A stretch of DNA of 64,000 bases, taken from Phoronis australis (lineage: Eukaryota > Animalia > Phoronida). A program made the position numbers and the translations under genes. The notes under the pieces are model-generated. The model saw only the letters and a list, made by a program, of their open reading frames with translations. It did no database searches and was not told where the DNA came from. This document shows positions 12,134 through 25,768 of the stretch, in pieces (the stretch's first letter is position 1; every line of letters starts with the position of its first letter). Location: NCBI GenBank assembly GCA_002633005.1, contig NMRA01000030.1, positions 197,174-261,173 of the forward strand, in the 5' to 3' direction.

Positions 12134-12778
12134 AACCATCTGTTCCATGGTTGTTATTAATTCGTTACGGTGGCAGTCTTTAGGGACCAAGATTTGTAAA
12201 ATTCCTGTCGTCGCGTACAATAGTACATTGTATATTATGTGGTTTCAGGTTCTATATAATCTGAGCGGAACGACACGTTTCGGCACAATGACGGTTTTCC
12301 ACCGATGATTTTCTTTACAGCCGTTGAGTTTTGCACCACGGAATAGACACTTTGGGAGAGACTTAGGTACTGTACAGTTTCAGAGAAACAAGTGAAGTTG
12401 CCATCATAATGTGTCGATCAATTGGTTTAGAGAGGATATCGGTAGCCATGTGGATTAGGACGGAAAATCCTGATTAAATTGAAATTGTGGCGCTCAGACC
12501 AATTTGCGTACGCTCTGTAACCGGGCTGCATGTAATCAAAATGAAATAATGGCTTCACATGATGAAGTCAAACGTCAAGAATAACATACTCTTGTATGAA
12601 ATCAACTCAATTTTCAAAATTTCCGATTATACCTAGTCGAAGCGGAAATTCCGGTATAGATGCGCTCAATTGTTTTGCAATTTCTTTTTCACAAATTGGC
12701 CAGTGTTGAATTTGCGATTAGCTGATATATGAATAATGAGATTCTACACTGAGCTCAGCGTGAGTTTCTTTAACGCAC

Positions 12779-12978
12779 CTTTGACGTGTCGATCCCTTTT
12801 GTAATAGCCCATGTAGAGACAACGTAGTCCATGACTCTCTCGCCTAACGATTTGGGTATATCGTGAATTTTCATAAACTCCCGGACGCTGTTGAGCATGT
12901 CGTGGTAGCGGGCAGTACTGGAATACATCTGCGTGAAGATGGTCGTCACATTACCGAATATGGTCGCGTAAAGTAGAG
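12779..12978 (-). CDS. eag: EAG coding exon 7 (S6 and C-linker)
   Basis: (S)[36 protein letters not shown]...[21 protein letters not shown]; acceptor TTTCAG, donor GTGCGT; 200 nt, phase 1-0. Confidence 0.96.
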
Positions 12979-15900
12979 CTGAAACGGCGTATATATAAGG
13001 TGAAAATGCAAGAATAACCATAATTTAATACAAAGAAAAGTGCAGTAGCACGCGGCTTTCTAAGTTCATAGTTTCACTACCTCGAAAAACAATAATACAA
13101 AGAACTCTAAAATCCAAGACAACGTTTAAACCGTTAAATTTATTATGTCCTGTTTAGCTGGCTACCTAACGAAAATCGAATTGGGCCTTTTACTCTCGTA
13201 ATATTGGTGTCGTAAAGAGGCATGGAACGCGAAAGCTCCTCAAAAATATCCGTTAAGCAATTCTTGACGAAAGTACCATCTCGCCACGTCTAATACAGAG
13301 AAATTCACTTTCTCCTGTGAAGAAATTTCCAGAAAAAATCACAAAATTCACGATTTTTGAAATATGCGCGTAGGAAAAACTGGTTACCACTGAGTTTCTA
13401 ATCTCCCTCCCACTTATGATAAATGCGTATTTGAGGTCAAAGTTCACAGGAAATGTGCTTCCTTTATGTCTTGCCATACCTAATAAGGAGACCTGCTTTG
13501 CATTGTGGGTGAAAAATCAACAGAAGTGGCGAGCAGTTGGCAGAAGAAAATGCTTTGATATCAACAGAAATTAAATATCTTTACGAACAAACCCTATAAA
13601 ATACCTGGTGAGCAGGTTGAATTCTGTTTCAGTGGCAGAGAACCACTTTCAATGTTGCAATTTAGTCCGTTTATCCAGTCCTCTTTAATATTCCTTATCG
13701 TGATATGATTCCAATTCAAGTCAGAGGCAATGCGCACCTGCGTTTTCGACATCGCGATTTTAGGGTTGACCAACCGAATAAAGTCTAAAACATTTTGTTG
13801 AGCCGCTGGTAGTTCCGTAGTCGCTAAACCAGCTCTTAAACTGTTCAAGAGCACAGTGTTTTTTAGTAGATTCGAGTTGGTGATGAAAACGTACTCCTAT
13901 CACGGTAAGTAATATTATGAGATAGGTGTCATCACGAGTAAAAGATTTAACTCGACATTAGTGTTGTAGTCAACTTAACATGACGAAATGCAGCGTTGAG
14001 ATAATCACCTTCTTCTGAAATGCAGAAACCGAAAATCCAAGTATAGAGTATACAGTATTTCGGTACCTAGGTCGAACATTACCGACTTTTGTGGAACAAA
14101 TGAATTGATGAACTCACAAACGCCCCTCGTCAACCTTTGTTATGTGTACAGTAATGCTGATTGTCCTTCTTGGACTAACCTGCCCAATGTACATGCACAA
14201 TCTGAATTAAAGAGTTATTGTTTGAGAACTTGAGGCAAAAGTAGGAACATGGCATGTCACAGAATTCTTGACATATAGCTTGTTTATATGCCTGGGTGGA
14301 ATGATAAACATTCACGTTAGTTTCAACTCAAAGCAAGCACCACTTTATGGAAAACGAGACCGTCCACAAATTCGTGCAATTTAGGTTGTGTTGTCAAGCG
14401 CTACAGAAACACGAGCGAACAAAATGATTTCATAAACCCGAGAAGTTCTATCGTTTTAGGATTGAGGTCGTGTAGTATATGTTCTGTTTCTGTCATGCAC
14501 TATGTGAAGTATTCATGTTTTAGACCACCATCGCCAATCTTTATGATGAATGGTAAAATTTGAACACGGTTTTTATGAGTTTTGTAATTATCATATTCCA
14601 ATGTTATACACCAATCACAATATCTAAGTTAGTTGGAGGCTATGTATGACTAAGCATTTATGGACAGCTTCTTCGTTTTGTAGAAAAACGTTATCAAACA
14701 TGAGCAAATTGACTTTGTATACATATTTTTACAGCATCTCAAAACCGATATGAATGGCTATTGTCTCGTTAGGTCCACGTTCTACACTATTTCACCGACT
14801 TTAATCCAAATGATATGACTGAAAGTATTCATCGCGTTAATCCAAATGAGGTAGGTAGGTCTCATGCTCTAAACTTTAGATGACACGTGATCAACCGCGT
14901 GAAGTTACGCTATTATATCCGCAGCAGAATACTAGTTTCGCGTTTTTGATTGAGGAGAGCAATTTGTAAGGTAAAATTTTCACAAACTGAACTTCCAAGC
15001 AAGAGCCATCTTGAAAGACTTTTTGCGAAGATATAAATTTTCGCAGTGATTGTAACATTTCCATCGTCTTGCAAAAGTGCTTGTGTTTACAAATGTACTC
15101 GAAATTAGCTCGTGGCAAAGCAGAGAAATTCGGATGCGGCTAGCCAGAATTACTTGCACAGTCGTACCCATAGGGGGTGATATCTAAAAAACCTGCCACA
15201 GAGGGCACAATAATAATACCCCGTCTCATAGTCACATGGATCCCTCAAAAGCCGTTGCGACCGAGTCAGGAGGCAGTTGGAAAATTTTGGCGATCACTGG
15301 AAGTGAAAATTGGTACCCCGTTTCGTCGCTACAGGACCCCTTCGAAAGCTGTGGGTACGGGGGGAGGGGGCCGAGGCAGTGCGAATGTTGTGGCGAAAGG
15401 TGGGGATTGTATTGACTAGAGTCCCATACCTTTTATGGCTTGGGGGCCGGATTCGAGAAACCTCCGGTACTGGAAATGTGACATTGCCGGAAATTGCACC
15501 GTCAGCTGCAGACAGGGGTCATCTGCTGTTCCTGCTAGTTCATAATCATATGAACTGGAGTACGGAAGTGTGTTGGCCAAGGAGACGCACTGGCAAATTT
15601 TGTTCGCCATTTTCGCAGTACCTGACTGCACCGCTACAGTTACAGTGAATGATTGTGTTCAAATTACCAAAGACTGGCTAACGCTATAATCAACATTTGA
15701 GACAGCAGTGGAAATTTTCGCCCGTAAAGTACAGTGGATCATTACGTAAGGTAGATGCAAGAAACTCGTGAAAATGCAAAAAAGTGCAAGAACCCGGTTT
15801 TACTTGTTTTGATCAACGTCACGCGTCATGCATGCCTGCTTGCACATGAAGTGTTTGCTTATGGCCTTCGGTCACGAAAATTAACTTTTGTATACGACAT

Positions 15901-16815
15901 TTTCCACTATGAATTTGGTTTCAAATTGTTCCGTAGCCATATTAAAAATGACTTCTTAGCTTTTATAGAACTTACGTGACTTCGTTATTGGTTGAATCCA
16001 AGTCCTGCAACTAGGTTTGTCATGGTGTCAGTTTAAGCGCCCTCTAGCATGGTCTCTAGGAATAACAATTGTCAACCACAAACCACGTCTCATTTGAGTC
16101 AGTATTATACCCTGTTCTATGTGTTCTTGTATTGCTGTTTCGTTTAATTGTAACTAATTGTACTGTCGTTGAAAAAAAAACTCGAACATCTTTTATAAGC
16201 GTTTGAAGAAACAAACCAACATTTTTCTTTAAAAGGCAATTTCCCGTTTTCTATTCAATTTGTGTTACTAGTGCACATATAAGAGGCTTCAAAGAGAAAT
16301 GCTTGTAAAGAGGAAATGGAATGCATGTACGGTACGGTGAAAAAAATGTCAAACATTCTTATTTGGATTTAAGATACGATTGAATCTACAATTATACCGT
16401 GACTGGTACGTGTAGCTATGTCTACTACAAGAAGTACAGTGTGTTTCTTTGCATGTTTTCTCCTTCCCGGAGTGGTTATAGATATAAACACCATCAGCGT
16501 CACGTTGTCTAATTACGCTAGATATAAACACCGTCAGCGTCACGTTGTCTAATTACGCATTACGCATTTTACCAATGTCTATTCATCTGAACACCTTGAA
16601 AGCTATCATTACTTGGACATATTGCTATATCTGCGTGGACGACCTCATGTTCGTCGTTTTCGGCAGTGATTTTGATAAATATTCGTTTGGAATAAACAAT
16701 AAAACTGGGGTTACTTCTGGCAATGAGACAGTGGGTATTTTGCATTTTCTAGCTTGGATGTTATGTGGTATTTACTTTTTGTACTGAGGTCTTAGTGGAC
16801 TAACTATAACACCGC

Positions 16816-17701
16816 AGGATAAGGCAACCTTTTTTTCATGTCATTTTTAGCAAAAATAAGATTCATTGATTATCCCAGACATATTTTTCACTTAATTACA
16901 GCTTTTTGCAATTTAATTAATAATTCGTTCTCTACTCCGGAAGTGACGTTTTGGGAGGCAAGAATTTCGCGCCAATTTCTTTTCATATAGTCTAACTATG
17001 AGAGTCAGTCATTGTTCTACCTCGGTTGTGATAAGTTAGGTCGTCGTTTGCTTTTGTTTACGAGTCAGTCAACATGCCACACTGTGTACCTGGATGTAAT
17101 CATTATAGTCCAGAGCCAGTAAGCAGCCCTGCTGCGGTGTTGAGTAGTGGGAGTGAATACAGGCCTAGTTAGACTCTGAGTGAACAGGACAGTTCGTCGT
17201 CCAATGAATAGATCGGTGAGCCAAACATTGACAAGTTCATTGTGGACTTGTCTAAAGTATTGGAGCTATTTAGAAGATGCCAGGTGTGTGGCGAGGGAGT
17301 TACTCGCCAGGATGTAAGCCGTTTGTGTGCTCAGGTAACCATCCAGTGGGAGTGTGTCGCGAGACACTCGGGCAGTTGTTCCTCTGTCCGTGAGAAGATA
17401 ATGACTACATCCCGGCACGCAACAACAGTGTGGCATGTCGACAGACTCAAAAACAAAAGCAAACGACGACCGAACTTCGCAAAACCGAGGTAGAGCGATG
17501 ACTGACTGGGCAGCTCTCACAGTCGGTCAAAAAGAAAAGAAATCGGCGCGAAATTCTTGCCTCCCAAAACGTCACTTCCTAAGTAGCAGACGAGTAATTG
17601 TTTAAATTACAAAAAGCTGTAATTAACTGAAAAATATGTCTGGAATAAATAACGACCCTTAGTTTTGCTAAAAATGACATGAAAAAAGGTTGCCTTCGCC
17701 T
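16816..17701. mobile_element. Non-autonomous Kolobok-derived element with long inverted repeats (copy in duplicate A)
   Basis: ~280-bp imperfect TIRs starting AGG(G/A)xAAGGCAACC; each arm ends in a THAP-like start (MPHCCCVPGC); core encodes a KFIVDLSKVLELFRRCQVCG...IQWECVARHSG fragment. Confidence 0.8.
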
Positions 17702-19179
17702 CAAATGTTCGCTTCTAGACACACTGTAACAGTACGCACCGGTAGGGGTCGCAGTTTTTTATTTAAGCTAGGGCAAAGTTTCGTTTCTGGATTGACTATA
17801 ATGTCACATTGTGACGGAGGCTACAGAGGTTCGTCTACGGACTACCCACTCCAACGTACAATGAGGCCGTAAAGGTTTTTCTCTTGACTTAGTATAACGC
17901 TGAACACTGAGGCCGCAAACGTTCGTCTCTAAAATCGCATCCTGCCAAGGCCAAACTTACTATAACACCACACTCCTAAGGCCACAGAGCCTCGTTTCTG
18001 GAGGTTACCCATAACAGCAATCCTGGAATTCGTCTCTTCTTAAAACCAAACATTGTTTGTTCAAATTCAACGGGTTTGCATTTTCATCAACGTTGTTTAC
18101 ATCGGCAATTTATTTCCTTGCGTGATAATTTCTAATTAAAATGTCTCTGATCAATATTTGCAAACACTGTCTTTTGATTGACAAGTAAACAGAACGATAG
18201 TTCCGCATCGATAACAGGACATGGCGTTACTATGACAAACCATTGAAATTAGATGCTGCTTTAAGTCCTGCTTCGAAAGTGAATTAGCACAAGCTACTGT
18301 CTTTGATGTCTTAAAAGACCTCTCTAATGTCGTTCTTCGACTCAAATAGAATACCGTTTCATATGGAAAGTGAAACACACGAGATACAGCCAAAGGTGCC
18401 TGATTTGTCTTAGAAGATAATGTGTTCGTGGCTAAATTGAAAACGTCAGGCCATGTCCATCGATATTCCTTGGACGGAGACATAAACGAGTTGAGTTGGC
18501 CAAAAAAACAGGAACATACGGTCTGAAGTTATGGGTTGATGTTACGCCGGTATTGTCGAAATTACCAACTGCTGACAATGTAATTTTCACTGACTAAAAA
18601 CAAAATATTACGTCTGGTTTTAAGACGACAAGTTTTGATCTCTTACAATATAGCCTTTTCGTTTTTACAATTCATTAGTCGGATGTTGAAGAATACGACA
18701 CTGGCATCACCAAGACTACGAATGCATAATATGTTTCTAGATTTAATGTACGTCAAGACTCTTTGTCTGGTTCGAAATAAAATGTTGAAGACTGAAAACG
18801 CGGGTATTGGCCAATTAATTAGAGTAAAGTTGCGGTGGTTATCTTACTACATGTCTTCCTTGAACAATCGATTGAAATGTGCCCCTAGAGTAGAAAGCCG
18901 TTGGTGCGTTTGCCTAAAGACCCATGATCGTCGTGTACGAGTCGACAGGTGACAACTGCCTCAGTGACTAGTCAGAATATACACGGTGATTGGCCAGAAC
19001 GTTCGCATGAGTCGAAGCAAAATCGCATGCAACTATGACGTCAGAATCCAAAACATCGCGTTATATCACCTGTCTCCTCGCTGCGATTATGTCATTTGAC
19101 GATCACATCGACAATCACAAGCGACAGTCTCATAGCGTATATAAAATTTTAGACTGTTAGTTTGTCTAATAGTACTTAC

Positions 19180-19594
19180 AACCGATGATCATCATACAGA
19201 TGCTGTAAATCTTCTCTGAAGTGGTATTGGCGGCAACGTTACCGAATCCGACACTGGTCATGCATGACAGAGTGTAGTAAAGAGATGTCGAGTAAAGGCT
19301 TCCTTTATCCGGGCCTCCCAAAAGTTCCTGAGTCGCATTGTTCCTGTGAAACCTCATGTTGGTAACGTTATTTGCTAGAATCATTAGCCAACTATGAGAA
19401 TAGCCCATTTTCGTCTCATCGTATCCAATCCTGTACCAACCGCACGCGAACCAATGCGCTACTACGACAAAGACGAAGATCAGCATAACCAGCAGCGCAG
19501 CACCATACTCCAACACGTGATCCAGTTTTCTTGCTACGCGACCCAGCCGCAGCAGACGCACCACTTTCAAAGCACTAAACAGGCTACTGATGCC
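19180..19594 (-). CDS. eag: EAG coding exon 6, copy A (duplicate S4-pore-S6 exon; probably the other allele)
   Basis: Same exon with intact splice sites. By eye it differs from copy B at only two positions (19348/25937 His/Tyr; 19286/25875 synonymous). Lies 43 nt from an N gap. Confidence 0.75.
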
Positions 19595-19637
19595 CTGCAA
19601 ATTAAATATAGAAGACGCATTAGGAAAAGTAACCAAA

Positions 19638-20440
19638 NNNNNNNNNNNNNNNNNNNNNNNNNNNNNNNNNNNNNNNNNNNNNNNNNNNNNNNNNNNNNNN
19701 NNNNNNNNNNNNNNNNNNNNNNNNNNNNNNNNNNNNNNNNNNNNNNNNNNNNNNNNNNNNNNNNNNNNNNNNNNNNNNNNNNNNNNNNNNNNNNNNNNNN
19801 NNNNNNNNNNNNNNNNNNNNNNNNNNNNNNNNNNNNNNNNNNNNNNNNNNNNNNNNNNNNNNNNNNNNNNNNNNNNNNNNNNNNNNNNNNNNNNNNNNNN
19901 NNNNNNNNNNNNNNNNNNNNNNNNNNNNNNNNNNNNNNNNNNNNNNNNNNNNNNNNNNNNNNNNNNNNNNNNNNNNNNNNNNNNNNNNNNNNNNNNNNNN
20001 NNNNNNNNNNNNNNNNNNNNNNNNNNNNNNNNNNNNNNNNNNNNNNNNNNNNNNNNNNNNNNNNNNNNNNNNNNNNNNNNNNNNNNNNNNNNNNNNNNNN
20101 NNNNNNNNNNNNNNNNNNNNNNNNNNNNNNNNNNNNNNNNNNNNNNNNNNNNNNNNNNNNNNNNNNNNNNNNNNNNNNNNNNNNNNNNNNNNNNNNNNNN
20201 NNNNNNNNNNNNNNNNNNNNNNNNNNNNNNNNNNNNNNNNNNNNNNNNNNNNNNNNNNNNNNNNNNNNNNNNNNNNNNNNNNNNNNNNNNNNNNNNNNNN
20301 NNNNNNNNNNNNNNNNNNNNNNNNNNNNNNNNNNNNNNNNNNNNNNNNNNNNNNNNNNNNNNNNNNNNNNNNNNNNNNNNNNNNNNNNNNNNNNNNNNNN
20401 NNNNNNNNNNNNNNNNNNNNNNNNNNNNNNNNNNNNNNNN
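19638..20440. other. Assembly gap (803 N)
   Basis: Run of N separating the two duplicate copies. Confidence 1.
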
Positions 20441-23395
20441 ATGCTCGAGTTGGTAATGAAAACGTACTCCTATCACGGTAAGGAATATTATGAGATAGGT
20501 GTCATCACGAGTAAAAGATTTAACTCGACATTAGTATTGTAGTCAACTAAACATGACGAAATGCAGCGTTAAGATAATCAACTTCTTCTGCAGAAACCGA
20601 AAATCCAAGTATAGAGTATACAGTATTTCGGTACGCCTAGGTCGAACATTACCCACTTTTGTGGAACAAATGAATTGATGAACTCACAAACGTCCCTCGT
20701 CAACCTTTGTTATGTGTATAATAATGCTGATTGTCCTTCTTGGACTAACCTGCCCAATGTATATGCACAATCTGTATTAAGAGTTATTGTTTGAGAAATT
20801 GAGGCAAAAGTAGGAACATGACATGTCACAGGATTCTTGACATATAGCTTGTTTATATGCCTGGGTGGAATGATAAGCATTCACGTTAGTTTCAACACAA
20901 AGCAAGCACCACTTTATGGAAAACGAGACCGTCCAAAAATTCGGGCAATTCGGGTTGTGTTGTCAAACGCTACAGAAACACGAGCGAACAAAATGATTTC
21001 ATAAACCTCGGAAATTCTATCGTTTAAGATTGAAGATGTGAAGTATATGTTCAGTTTCTGTCATGCACTATGTAAAGTATTCATGCTTTAGACCACCATC
21101 GCCAATCGTTATGGTAAAATGGAAACGGGTAAAATTTGCACACGGTTTTTAAGAGTTTTGTAATTATCTTGTTCCAATGTTATACACCAATTACAATAAC
21201 TAATTTAGTTGGAGGCTATGACTAAGCATTTATGGATAGTTTCTTCGTTTTGTAGAAAAAACGTTATCAAACATGACCTGCTCTCTATGAACATGAGCAA
21301 ATTCACTTTGTATACATATTTTTACAGCATTTCAAAACCGATATGAATGGCTATTTTCTCGTTAGGTCCACGTCCTACACTATTTCACCGACTTTAATCC
21401 AAATGATATGACTGAAAGTATTCATCGCATTCAATCCAAATGAGGTTGATAGGTCTTATGCTCTAAACTTTACATGACACGTGATCAACCGCGTGAAGTT
21501 ACGCTATTAGAACCGCAACAGAATACTAGTTTCGCGTTTTTGATTGAAGAGAACAATTTGTAAGGCAAAATGTTCACAAACTGAACTTCCAAGCAAGAGC
21601 CATCTTGAAAGACTTTTTGCGAAGATAAATTTTTTGCGGTGATTGTAGCAGTTCCATCGTCTTGCAAAAATGCTTGTGTTCACAAATGTGCTCGAAACTA
21701 GATCGTGGCAAAGCAGTGAAATTCGGATGCGGCTAGCCAGAACTACTTGCACAATCGTATCCACAGGGGGCGATAGCTAAAAAACCTGCAACAGAGGGCA
21801 CAATAATAAGACCCCGTCTCATAGTCACATGGATCCCTCAAAAGTCGTTGCGACCGGGTCAGGAGGCAGTTGGAAAATTTTGGCGACCACTGGAAGTGAA
21901 AATTGGTACCCCGTTTCGTCGCTACAGGACCCCTTCGAAAGTTGTGGCTACGGGGGGAGGGGGCCGAGGCAGTGCGAATGTTGTGGCGAATGGTGGGGAT
22001 TGTATTGACTAGAGTCCCATACCTTTTATGGCTTGGGGGATTCGAGAAACCTCCGGTACTGGAAATGTGACATTGCCGGAAATTGCACTGTCAGCTGCAG
22101 ACAGGGGTCATCTGCTGTTCCTGCTAGTTCATAATCATGTGAACGGGAGTACGGAAGTGTGTTGGCCAAGGAGACGCACTGGCAAATTTTGTTCGCCATT
22201 TTCGCAATACATGACTGCACCGCTACAGTTACAGTGAATGATGGTGTTCAAATTACCAAAGACTGGCTAACGCTATAATCAACATTTGATACAGCAGTAG
22301 AAATTTTCGCGCGTAAAGTACAGTGGCTCACTACGTAAGGTAGATGCAAGAAACTCGTGAAAATGCAAAAAAGTGCAAGAACCCGGTTTTACTAGTTTTG
22401 ATCAACGTCACGCGTCATGCATGCCTGCTTGCACATGAAGTGTTTGCTTATGGCCTTCGGTCACGAAAATTAACTTTTGTATACGACATTTATTACTATG
22501 AATTTGGTTTCAAATTGTTCCTTAGCCATATTAAAAATGACTTCTTGGCTTTTAAAGAACTGACGTGACTTCGTTATTGGTTGAATCGAAGTCCTGCAAC
22601 TTGGTTTGTCATGGTGTCGGTTTAAGCGCCCTCTAGCATGGTCTCTAGGAATAACAATTGTCAACCACAAACCACGTCTCGTTTTAGTCAGTATTATACC
22701 CTGTTCTATGTGTTCTAGTACTGCTTTTTCGTTTAATTGTTACTAATTGTACTGTCGTTGAAAAAAAAAACTCGAACATCGTTTGAAGAAACAAACCAAC
22801 ATTTTTCTTTAAAAGGCAATTTCCCGTTTTCTATTCAATTTGTGTTACTAGTGCACATATAAGAGGCTTCAAAGAGAAATGCTTGTAAAGAGGAAATGGA
22901 ATGCATGTACGGTACGGTGAAAAAAATGTCAAACATTCTTATTTGGATTTAAGATATGATTGAATCTACAATTATACCGTGACTGGTACATGTAGCTATG
23001 TCTACTACAAGAAGTACAGTGTGTTTCTTTGCATGTTTTCTCCTTCCCGGAGTGGTTATAGATATAAACACCATCAGCGTCACGTTGTCTAATTACGCTA
23101 GATATAAACACCATCAGCGTCACGTTGTCTAATTACGCATTACGCATTTTACCAATGTCTATTCATCTGGACACCGTGAAAGCAATCATTACTTGGACAT
23201 ATTGCTATATCTGCGTGGACGACCTCATGTTCGTCGTTTTCGGCAGTGATTTTGATAAATATTCTTTTGGAATAAACAATAAAACTGGGGTTACTTCTGG
23301 CAATGAGACAGTGGGTATTTTGCATTTTTTAGCTTGAATGTTATGTGGTATTTACTTTTTGTACTGAGGTCTGAGTGGACTAACTATAACACCGC

Positions 23396-24290
23396 AGGGG
23401 AAGGCAACCTTTTTTTCATGTCATTTTTAGCAAAAATAAGGTTCATTGATTATCCCATATATATTTTTCACTTAATTACAGCTTTTTCCAATTTAATTAA
23501 TAATTCGTCCTCTACTCCGGAAGTGACGTTTTGGGAGGCAAGAATTTCGCGCCAATTTCTTTTCATATAGTCCAACTATGAGAGTCAGTCATTGTTCTAC
23601 CTCGGTTGTGATAAGTTCGGTCGTCGTTTGCTTTTGTTTACGAGTCAGTCAACATGCCACACTGTTGCTGTGTACCTGGATGTAATCATTATAGTCCAGA
23701 GCCAGTAAGCAGCCCTGCTGCGATGTTGAGTAGTGGGAGTGAATACAGGCCTAGTTAGACTCTGAGTGAACAGTACAGTTCGTTGTCCAATGAATAGATC
23801 GGTGAGCCAAACATTGACAAGTTCATAGCGGACTTGTCTAAAGTATTGGAGCTATTTAGCAGATGCCAGGTGTGTGGCGAGGTCGTTACACGCCGGGATG
23901 TATGCCGTTTGTGTGCTCAGGTAACCATCCAGTGGGAGTGTGTCGCGAGACACTCAGGCAAGTGGGACAGTTGTTCCTCTGTCCGTGAGAAGATAATGAC
24001 TACAACCCGGCACGCAACAACAGTGTGGCATGTCGACAGACTCAAAAACAAAAGCAAACGACGACCGAACTTCGCACAACCGAGGTAGAGCAATGACTGA
24101 CTGGGCAGCTCTCACAGTCGGTCAAAAAGAAATCGGCGCGAAATCCTTGCCTCCCAAAACGTCACTTCCGAAGTAGCAGACGAGTAATTGTTTAAATTAC
24201 AAAAAGCTGTAATTAACTGAAAAATATGTCTGGAATAAATAACGACCCTTAGTTTTGCTGAAAATGGCATGAAAAAGGTTGAATTCGCCT
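23396..24290. mobile_element. Same Kolobok-derived element (copy in duplicate B)
   Basis: Homologous to 16816-17701; core reads CQVCGEVV...IQWECVARHSGKWDS. Confidence 0.8.
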
Positions 24291-25768
24291 CAAATGTTCG
24301 CTTCTAGACACACTGTAACATTACGCACCGGCATGGGTCGCAGTTTTTTATTTAAGCTAGGGCAAAGTTTCGTTTCTGGATTGACTATAATGTCACACTT
24401 TGACGGAGGCTACAGAGTTTCGTCTACGGACTACCCACTCCAACGTACAATGAGGCCGTAAAGGTTTTTCTCTTGACTTACTATAACGCTGAACACTGAG
24501 GCCGTAAACGTTCGTCTCTAAAATCGCATCCTGCCAAGGCGGAACTTACTATAACACCACACTCTTAAGGCCACAGAGCCTCGTTTCTAGAGGCTACCCA
24601 TAACAGCAATCCTGGAATTCGTCTCTTCTTAAAACCAAACATTGTTTGTTCAAATTCAACGGGTTTGCACTTTCATCAACGTTGTTTACATCGGCAATTT
24701 ATTTCCTTGCGTGATAATTTCTAATTAAAATGTCTCTGATCAATATTTGCAAACATTGTCTTTTGATTGACAAGCAAACAGAACGATAGTTCCGCATCGA
24801 TAACAGGACATGGCGTTACTATGACAAACCATTGAAATTAGATGCTGCTTTAAGTCCTGCTTCGAAAGTGAATTAGCACAAGCTGCTGTCTTTGATGTCT
24901 TAAAAGACCTCTCTAATGTCGTTCTTCGACTCAAATAGAATACCGTTTCATATGGAAAGTGAAACACACGAGATACAGCCAAAGGTGCCTGATTTGTCTT
25001 AGAAGATAATGTGTTCGTGGCTAAATTGAAAACGTCAGGCCATGTCCATCGATATTCCTTGGACGGAGACATAAACGAGTTGAGTTGGCCAAAAAAACAG
25101 GAACATACGGTCTGAAGTTATGGGTTGATGTTACGCCGGTATTGTCGAAATTACCAACTGCTGACAATGTAATTTTCACTGACTAAAAACAAAATATTAC
25201 GTCTGGTTTTAAGACGACAAGTTTTGATCTCTTACAATATAGCCTTTTCGTTTTTACAATTCATTAGTCGGATGTTGAAGAATACGACACTGGCATCACC
25301 AAGACTACGAATGCATAATATGTTTCTAGATTTAATGTACGTCAAGACTCTTTGTCTGGTTCGAAATAAAATGTTGAAGACTGAAAACGCGGGTATTGGC
25401 CAATTAATTAGAGTAAAGTTGCGGTGGTTATCTTACTACATGTCTTCCTTGAACAATCGATTGAAATGTGCCCCTAGAGTAGAAAGCCGTTGGTGCGTTT
25501 GCCTAAAGACCCATGATCGTCGTGTACGAGTCGACAGGTGACAACTGCCTCAGTGACTAGTCAGAATATACACGGTGATTGGCCAGAACGTTCGCATGAG
25601 TCGAAGCAAAATCGCATGCAACTATGACGTCAGAATCCAAAACATCGCGTTATATCACCTGTCTCCTCGCTGCGATTATGTCATTTGACGATCACATCGA
25701 CAATCACAAGCGACAGTCTCATAGCGTATATAAAATTTTAGACTGTTAGTTTGTCTAATAGTACTTAC

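Larger units (their letters stand above)
13872..19637. repeat. ~5.8-kb direct duplication, copy A
   Basis: Colinear with 20445-26226 (offset 6573 at the start, 6589 at the end); duplicated ORFs in the track confirm it. Confidence 0.97.

Noticed and set aside
16036-16052. CTCF-like motifs (also ~22625, ~28019, ~61129)
   Set aside because: Imperfect short matches, often in or next to repeats; not supportable from sequence alone.
19166-20542. Long ORFs of 288-436 aa (also 61652-62569)
   Set aside because: Artefacts of translating through N gaps; only the exon 6 portion is real.
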